This document shows, in pieces, positions 56,734 through 64,000 of a stretch of DNA of 64,000 nt. The translations under genes were made by a program, and so were the position numbers. The stretch is from Macrostomum lignano (Eukaryota), in the NCBI GenBank assembly GCA_002269645.1, contig NIVC01000708.1, forward strand, positions 124,001-188,000. Direction: 5' to 3'. Below the pieces are notes generated by a model. The model saw only the letters and a list, made by a program, of their open reading frames with translations, had not been told where the DNA came from and did not search any database. Position 1 is the stretch's first letter. Every line of letters starts with the position of its first letter.

Positions 56734-57249
56734 AGCCTAATTCGATTTATTGTTCTCAGTTCATGAGGATGTGTTTATCCCAGAGCTAGATTTACCGTAC
56801 ACATAGGCCAATATATTTTATTTTACTGCGCTTAATACACATTAGAAATAATGACGCAACACTCCCGAATACTGTAAAGCAGTTTTGAAGCCGACAATTC
56901 AATTACCAATACCACCTGATCTGTTTGATGCGGAAGCAAAATTCTTTTGATAGCTTTTTCAGAATTTATTCACAATTCACTTTTTTTCCAATAAACCATA
57001 TGATATATAGTATTAGCCAATGCTAAACATAGCTGTGTCTTAAGCTACATCATATCTAGCCTAAAGTCCAAAAGCTAAGCACTGCAGGTCATTTGATGTT
57101 TTCAACAGTTTAATATTGGTCCAAAACTTTTTAAAACAAATTTATATTACCATACCTAATTTCATACTAAATTATATTCAAAAAACAACAATATACACCT
57201 CTTGCCGGCCACAAGTGGTCACAGAGGGGGGAGGTGTCAGAACACACGT

Positions 57250-58095
57250 CATTGGGCCGCACTTCTCAAAAATTCATCTCCTTCAGTCAGAGTCGGAACG
57301 GGGGTTCTCGCATCCTTCAGAAGCAGCTCGGGGTAGCGCGTCGTTTGCCCTTGGCTTCGTCTCCGCGGATCCTGCACCGTTGACAACAGCAGGTCGTGTA
57401 ACGGCTCACGGCAGCGACTCTCCGACCGGATGACGTGGCCAGCCAGCTTGAGCCAGCTTGAGAGCGCAGCATCGCAGAGTGCGCGGCGTAGAGCAGAGAA
57501 AAGTCTCGACGACTGTCCGAAACAGCTGAGCCCTGGTCGCGTCATCCAGAGCCTCAGATCGCAGCACTGCGAGTGCACCGAGCGTAAGGCGTCTCCTCAA
57601 GTCACGGGCGATATCAGGCACGAGTTCGCCGAGGTATACAAAATGGGCCCGTTCTATAAAGCCATCGTAAGATAAGATTGTTCTTAGCTCCTATCTCCGC
57701 AGTGTAAAAGTTCCGACGTACGATCGAACTTACGCTACGACAGCTTTATAGTACGACCCCAATGTGTGGAAGCGGGGTCTCATTCCTGACAGCATCTCGG
57801 CAGGTCCAGCGTCATAGTGAAGACTTCTGCGCGTGCAGCGTGAGGCCGACCATCGCTGCCGCTTTCGTCAAGCCATCCAGCAGCCGTTGGGCGCCTTCGA
57901 CTGTTGAAGACACTGCAACGCTAGGTCATCCACGTAGCCGAGCACACAAAGACGCTTCTCCGGATGCCTCCGACTCATGCGACGTCTAAGCATGAAGCCA
58001 TTGCCATCGTCCGACTCAGGCAGTCTGGTTCTCAGCACCCAGTACTCGTACGGTACCAGCACAGATAGAAAAGGCGCCAGCGTGTCAACCTGAAG
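57250..58095 (-). mobile_element. Degenerate LINE reverse-transcriptase fragment (RTE-like)
   Basis: Minus-strand pieces LGYVDDLAL (RT motif C), RAQLFRTVVETFL and LKLAGHVIR; frameshifted. Confidence 0.75.
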
Positions 58096-58489
58096 CAGTA
58101 ATAATCTGCAGTACATGTACAAAGACCAGTAAACTGAGACAGTGTACCATTAAATTCGCATCTGGATTTTTGCACTTTCGAATTCCAAATAGAGCTGTCA
58201 GGCGAAATTTCAGCTGTTCCTGTCTGTTTGAAATTATTGAGTTATAGTTTAATAAAAGTTTCATCATTAAGCAACGATGCATTGCATAAATGCAAAAGAA
58301 AACTCTATTTCAGCAATTCCTATACTGGAGTTAAATTGGAGGAGTAAGTGGGCGCAGGGCCCAAACCGATATTTAATGGTATTTATACCAGACATTAACT
58401 TTGGGGGGTTGAGCCCAGAATAATAAGGAAAGGGGGGCGGAGTGCGCAACTGAATAAGAATAAGAATAACAAGATTGAGCTAGACAGAG

Positions 58490-58748
58490 GGCCTTTTCAT
58501 ATTGCTTGTTCTGGATCCAGAACCAGAACCAATTTGTGAAGTATAACTTTTTGTCTCCATAACTAGAGGGAGATACGTGCTATAAAGTTTTTATTATTGA
58601 ATGACAATCGCCAAGAAGAAAGTGAAAAATTGTTTTAAGTAAGGTTGTTAAGGCAGTCAAACATTCAACAGAGTCAAATAGTTATACTGCTGTTTTTCTT
58701 GGAAGATCCGAACCGATTCTGGTTCTGGAATTGGTAATATGAAAAGCC
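58490..58748. mobile_element. Possible MITE with imperfect TIRs
   Basis: GGCCTTTTCATATT..TCCAGAACCAGAA versus TTCTGGTTCTGGAA..AATATGAAAAGCC; no clear TSD. Confidence 0.4.
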
Positions 58749-59173
58749 TCAGAGAGAGAGGTGAACTAAGAAATGACTAGGAAAGTCGCGACACCTGCAG
58801 AGTCAGAGACGGCCAAGCAAACTCAGTCCCCATCGGAGCCAGGAAACCCAAATATGATTTTCGTCGCTTATACAAACCAAGTTCAGTTTGGCCAAGGACT
58901 TCTATTATCTAGAAGTCCTTGGTTTGGCTAAGCTGCAGCCAGAAAGTTTGTAAACATTTTATTTCAACTTGCAGTCTTATACACAGATGGAACTTGTAGT
59001 CACCACCTGCCGGAACAGAACTTGCGACTGCAGTCCTGCCCTGTAGAGCGCATCAATCAATGGTTTCTGCAGCCAAATACAAAAGCCAAGACACAAGATC
59101 AAAATGGATTCTTTTTTGCTGCGCTTGTTGTACTAACGACAGATTTGCTTTGAAGTGATCAGCAAGTGTCTGC

Positions 59174-61137
59174 ATGATGGAAGCTGCAGCGCTGATCTCC
59201 CTGTTAGGGGCTCTGCTCTGCATCGCTACCTGTCTCTGCGACTGTGAGTGAAAGCTTTTTAAACCCTCCAGGGTGTTTTTTCAAGCGAAATGGATTTCTA
59301 ACTTCTCAAGTTCCTATGTTGCAGGTGAGGTGCCGATTCGCAACAAGACTGTACTCAACGCCTGGCAGTCCTCTTATTCCTATTCTTGCTTTCACGAGAG
59401 AGACCAGCTGAATGAGAGCAATGTTCTGAACACAAGCCAAAGTTTTCAGTTCATTCACAGCAATGACAAAAAGCATTTTAACGATAGCGGATTTCACTGG
59501 TTCGCTGTGCAGCTGAGTGAGTCAGTGCTCATCGGTTCTGTGACAGTGAAGGGCAGCGAGGGTGAGTTACACCACAGACCAGTTTTATGAAGCACTGATT
59601 GACTAGTTGGTTAACTTACTTGACATAGCTTCAGGGGGTCCGGGCATCCGGATGCAGCGAGGCGTCGCCGCCCATTTTGCAAACCCCTGGCGACCAGGGA
59701 AGCTGGTGCTGCGGTGTTCTGCAGGGAGATCCGGTGGTGCCAGTGTCCGCAGCGCGGTAGCCCTTAGGTAGCGGACGAGCTGGCAGAGATTCTCGGGCCT
59801 GAAAACGTCGGAGAGGTTCGAGTTTGGGCCGAGGTAGGTGAAGCCTGTCCTGAGTAAAGGCGGAGCATTCACAGATGAAGTGCTCCGCATTCTCGACACC
59901 GGAGAGGCAGAAAGGGCATCATTCCTCGCTACGGATTTTTCCTGAAGGTAACGATGCCTGGCAAAACAGCCATGACCCGAGAGGTCCATGGTCACCGCCC
60001 TGATGTCCCTGCGGTTGAGTCCAAGCAGGACTCTTGGCTAGTTGGTTGGTTTCATAAAAACAGCAGCTGCTTTTTGAAACAAAATAACTGAGGTAGCAGC
60101 ATTCCTGAAACCCCCTTGCTTCCGGTATTTTTACAATCTCGTTGTTCTGGCTATAATTTCAGTCTTCTCGGATGCTGAAATGTTCCGCAGCTCAGCTGGC
60201 ATCGAGATCTGGACTTCGAACTCGGAGGAGCAACTGTTTTCTGGCAACCATTGCAACTCAAAGAATATGAGCAAACAGTTTAATAAATACCGGAGCAGTT
60301 GGAAGCGTTGCGGCGTCACTACAAATAGGTCGATGAGTAGCACGCGTGTTGGGCTCTACATAGTGGACTGTCTTGCAGAGGTGAGCATTGATGCTACAGA
60401 GATTATGTGCTTAATTAGTTCATCTCACCCGGATCTCAAAATGTTGAGTGCAACATCCCAGGTCCGGTATCTACTGCTCAGGAGAAACGTCAGCCTGAGC
60501 TTCTCATCCAGAGACTACGGCTATCTGAGCGTCTCAGATCTGACGCTGCAGACAGTGCGCCTGGGTGAGGCTGTGGACTTTCCCAAAGCACTTGAAGACC
60601 AGAGAAGCCTCAAAAGTGGCATGAAAATACCTGATAATATTGTGGGCTTTGGCCTGACTTTCCACTCATCAGGCTTGTGCACTCTCTGTGCATTGGGGGC
60701 TGGCCTTCATGGGTCATGAATGACACGAGAACTCCCACGGTAAATAGCATTATAGCATTAAAGTATAAATGTATATGACTTGATTTGCAGTGCCATCGAC
60801 AGACCAACTTGTTGCTGCAAACGAAAGCTTTAACGTGAGCTGCTCGTGCATTCTATGCAACGGCACGGAGTTGAGCACGAACTCAAGGCAGCTGCAGCTG
60901 TGCCAACCAGACGGAAACTGCACGAAAACCCGGAAGCTGTCGGTTGTGAAGGCACAGTCGCAGCACTCTGGCCTCTACACCTGCCAGCTTGGCTCTGCCG
61001 CAGAGTCAACTTCCGTCACAGTGCTGTGTGAGCTGAGTGTCATTGCTTGTCTCCATATTTAAATACAATTAATAGACAAAAAGCAACCATAACGTGTTGA
61101 ATTTTCAGCATCCTCGCATGCGCAAACAGCAGCCGAG
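59174..61137 (+). pseudogene. Receptor H (5' part): SP - lectin - Ig - second Ig exon interrupted by BEL/Pao insertion
   Basis: Exons 59174-59243, 59325-59561, 60163-60380, 60462-60564, Ig 60791-61027; next Ig exon starts at 61109 (ASSHAQTAAE) and is cut at 61137. Confidence 0.8.
59613..60037 (-). mobile_element. 5'-truncated I-group-like LINE 3' end in an intron of H
   Basis: [22 protein letters not shown] and [18 protein letters not shown], same type as 46330-46993. 10-bp TSD CTAGTTGGTT at 59603-59612 and 60038-60047; AAGT tail. Confidence 0.8.
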
Positions 61138-64000
61138 TGTTCTGGAGGTTCATTTTTTTGTCATATTTTTGGGGTTTTACTTATTTAATTGTACATGTAT
61201 TTGCTCTTTATTTAATGTACATGAGCCAACCCCCCTCAATTTGCTAACCCCACCCCACGTTAAATAATAATTAAAAAGGGCGTGATTTTTGGTCAGCGTG
61301 TTTTTTGCTAGGTACTTGGTTGTTTTGTTTTGCCTGCGCGAGAACGCAGAGGTATTGAAGCCTACAAGCATCCGATTTTTGCCTACTTAGTTATTTTTCG
61401 GTTTCGAAGAGTTAGTCGATTTAACAACTGGTAGCAGAGCGTGGTTGAAAAATGCAAAAGGACGGAGAAGAATTCGAGTCGAACTACCCGCCGGCGGACG
61501 AGGAAGAACGCAAGCTGATGGACGCGAAGGCCGCCAAGACGAGGGCCAAGGCCGCATTTACCAAAGGAAGAAACCGGCTGGTACAACAACTCGCTGCTGG
61601 TGGTCAAGACGGCGCCGAAGTACAACAGCAAGCGACTCTCATGGAGAAGCTATTCGAGGCGGTGACAACTGAGCTGGAGAAGCTGTTGGAGCTCGCCGGA
61701 AACGACCTGCCACTGCGTCGCCAAACGATCAAGGAGCTGGAGAATGCTGAAAAGGACTACGGTGAGACTGTGGGTCTGATGACCGAGTTCTGGAAAGATC
61801 GTAGCAGAAGCGAAGCAGCTGAGAGGGAGGAACAGGATCGCTTGGCGGAGTCTGAAGAACAGCAGAGGCGTAAGGAAGAGCAGCGAAAAGTGCAAGCCGC
61901 AGAGCACAGAGCGCTGGAGTTGGAAGAGGTGCAGAGAGAGCTAGAGAGAGACTATCAACAACGGCATGAGCAGTTGGCAGAGGAGCTGAGGCGACTGAAA
62001 ATTGTTACTGGCAGCACTAAGGCAGAGAGCCCGTGTGAAAGGGCAAGCCCAGGTTCAGGTTTGGCTGAACAGTCGATTGGGGCTGAGGTGGGTGTAAGCG
62101 CTGCGCCAGACAGGAGTGAAAAAGCTGATTGGACTGCCCACGAAGGGGGGTCAGGCGAGCGATCGATAAAACAAAACCCTGCACCCAGGCCAGCCACCTC
62201 ACAGTCAGCCAGTGTACAGTCGCAACTCAGAGAGCCAATCGTTCAGCAGGAGTGTACACAGAGGGTGAGAGAAGAAGCGGAGAGGCAGGTCAGTCAGGAC
62301 ATGTGGCGGCAATTGCAGCGGGTGGCGATTCCCAGTTTCTCAGGTGATAAGCGTCAATACGAAGGGTGGAAGGCGGCCTTTTACGCGTGTGTAGATGCTG
62401 CACCCTCCTCTCGAGTGTACAAGCTATTGCAACTGAGGCAGTGTCTGCAGGGCGATGCGCTAAAGCTAATAGCCAACCTAGGGCATTCTGAATTTGCGTA
62501 CAAGGCGGCTCTGGATAGGTTGGAGAGAGAATATGGAGGAGAGAGGCGCCGGCTGGTGCTAGTGTTGGAGGACCTGGACCGTTTTCGGCCCATTGTGACG
62601 GAGAGTGCGCCTCAGTTGAAGAAGCTGGCTGATCTGGTGGATGTAGCGGTTATCAATCTGATGGAGGCGGGTCGTGAAGCTGAACTAGACAGCAATGGAT
62701 TGCTTCATCTTCGCGTGCAAAAGAAATTGCCGACTGACACCTTGGCACGGTACCACCGATGGGTCGGGGAGAATGGCAGAAATGACACGCTCAGCGCTCT
62801 TCATCAATGGCTGCTGCGGGAGGCTGAGTATCAGACGGTTGCTATGGAGGCAGTGCATGGAGTTGCGGCACAGAATGGGCCAGGAGCAGGGAAGATGGAG
62901 CAAAGTAAGAAATTCAGCGGGATGCAGCGCACGGAAACAGCTCGAACGCATTTTGGCGCTGTCGCGGAGTCAACGAGAGCCGATGAGCAGCGCAAGAAAA
63001 ACTGCCGTGTCTGTGAAGGAAGCCATGGCGCCTGGGAGTGCCCGAAGTTTGCGGAGATGGATGTAGTGAAGCGATGGGCCGTTGCTCGTGAGAAGAAGCT
63101 GTGCTTTCATTGTCTCGGCGTCAATCACTCTGGTTTAGCTTGTCGGCGGTCTAGAACCTGTGGCGTAGATGGTTGCCAGGGAAAACACCATCGAATGCTT
63201 CACCAGAAGCGGGAGCCGAAACCAGCAGCTGCAGTGACGAGAGGCGGCGAAGGAGAGGCACGAAAACCCGCGGAGGACATATCAGCGGCGACGAAGAAGG
63301 AGCGCACTATGCTGGCCGAAGTCGTAAAGGAAACTGCGTTGAGGACGGTGCCGGTAATATTGGTGGCTGGTGAGCGCCAAGTTCGGATCAACGCGTTGCT
63401 TGATGATGCGAGTACGCGCACGTACCTCAATGCGGACGTAGCAGCAGAGCTGGGACTCGAAGGTAAACTTCAGCGCATAAACGTTAAGGTGCTCAACGGA
63501 GGAGTCGAGTCGTTTGAAACAGCGCCTGTAGAGGTGACAGTCCGGAGTGTCGATGCAGCGTTTGAGACAAAAATTGTTGCTTTCACAGCGGAGAAAGTAA
63601 CCGGCGGAATGAAGGCAGTTGATTGGAGTCAACTGGCGGAGCACTGGGCGCATCTGAGAGGCATTCCGTTTGAGTCAACATCAAGCCGGAAAACGGTTGA
63701 CATGCTTATCGGTGTCGACAATGCTGAGATGCATCTGGCTTGCAAAGAAGTCTGTGGAATGCCAGGGGAACCAATAGCTCGACTGACTCCTATTGGATGG
63801 ACCTGCATCGGGCAGTTAGGTTCGGATGAGGGAAGCAGCAAGAGCGGGGAATCGTTCCTCTGCCACGAGTGTCAAGATCAGGTCGACAGTCAGGTTCGAA
63901 GGTTGTGGGCGATCGAGGAAGTTCCTGATGTAGCTGAGCTGAACCGCGAAAGAGGGACGTTAACAGCGGATGAGCAGCGTGCTGTGGCGGTAGTCAAGGA
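61138..64000 (+). mobile_element. BEL/Pao LTR retrotransposon (5' LTR, PBS, gag-protease), continues beyond the window
   Basis: LTR 61138-61426 (TGTT...AACA); PBS TGGTAGCAGAGCGTGGTT (61429-61446) matching the initiator tRNA-Met 3' end; gag-pol ORF from 61452. Confidence 0.93.
61452..64000 (+). CDS. BEL/Pao gag-pol polyprotein (5' part)
   Basis: MQKDGEEF...; DUF1759-like IPSFSGDKRQYEGWKAAF; three zinc knuckles (CRVCEGSH, CFHCLGVNH, CGVDGCQGKHHRMLH); protease LLDDASTRTY. No terminated ORF from this start is in the track, consistent with read-through to the window end. Confidence 0.88.
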   Translation, partial: MQKDGEEFESNYPPADEEERKLMDAKAAKTRAKAAFTKGRNRLVQQLAAGGQDGAEVQQQATLMEKLFEAVTTELEKLLELAGNDLPLRRQTIKELENAEKDYGETVGLMTEFWKDRSRSEAAEREEQDRLAESEEQQRRKEEQRKVQAAEHRALELEEVQRELERDYQQRHEQLAEELRRLKIVTGSTKAESPCERASPGSGLAEQSIGAEVGVSAAPDRSEKADWTAHEGGSGERSIKQNPAPRPATSQSASVQSQLREPIVQQECTQRVREEAERQVSQDMWRQLQRVAIPSFSGDKRQYEGWKAAFYACVDAAPSSRVYKLLQLRQCLQGDALKLIANLGHSEFAYKAALDRLEREYGGERRRLVLVLEDLDRFRPIVTESAPQLKKLADLVDVAVINLMEAGREAELDSNGLLHLRVQKKLPTDTLARYHRWVGENGRNDTLSALHQWLLREAEYQTVAMEAVHGVAAQNGPGAGKMEQSKKFSGMQRTETARTHFGAVAESTRADEQRKKNCRVCEGSHGAWECPKFAEMDVVKRWAVAREKKLCFHCLGVNHSGLACRRSRTCGVDGCQGKHHRMLHQKREPKPAAAVTRGGEGEARKPAEDISAATKKERTMLAEVVKETALRTVPVILVAGERQVRINALLDDASTRTYLNADVAAELGLEGKLQRINVKVLNGGVESFETAPVEVTVRSVDAAFETKIVAFTAEKVTGGMKAVDWSQLAEHWAHLRGIPFESTSSRKTVDMLIGVDNAEMHLACKEVCGMPGEPIARLTPIGWTCIGQLGSDEGSSKSGESFLCHECQDQVDSQVRRLWAIEEVPDVAELNRERGTLTADEQRAVAVVK

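Overview
Eukaryotic (invertebrate) genomic DNA with short GT-AG introns and very long simple repeats. It looks like the flatworm Macrostomum by composition, but that is an unverified inference. The core of the window is a head-to-tail + strand cluster of 8 paralogous genes (here A-H, 5889-61137). Spliced by hand, they encode type I membrane receptors: signal peptide, 1-3 F-type-lectin-like (FTP/F5-8C fold) domains, 0-7 atypical Cys-rich Ig-like domains, a membrane-proximal C2-like domain, a TM helix and a short tail with paired Tyr motifs (ITIM/ITSM-like, or YEN type). This is a Siglec-like layout built on a fucolectin fold. I count 12 lectin domains (11 intact plus gene A's truncated one) and about 26 Ig exons, all in phase-1 modules. 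B, C and D look intact; A, E, F, G and H carry lesions. An intronless antisense PAN + C-type lectin gene is nested in an intron of D. The rest is a decayed Gypsy with a nested P-type MITE, a BEL/Pao element inserted into an exon of H, LINE fragments, tRNA-derived SINEs and many tandem repeats.
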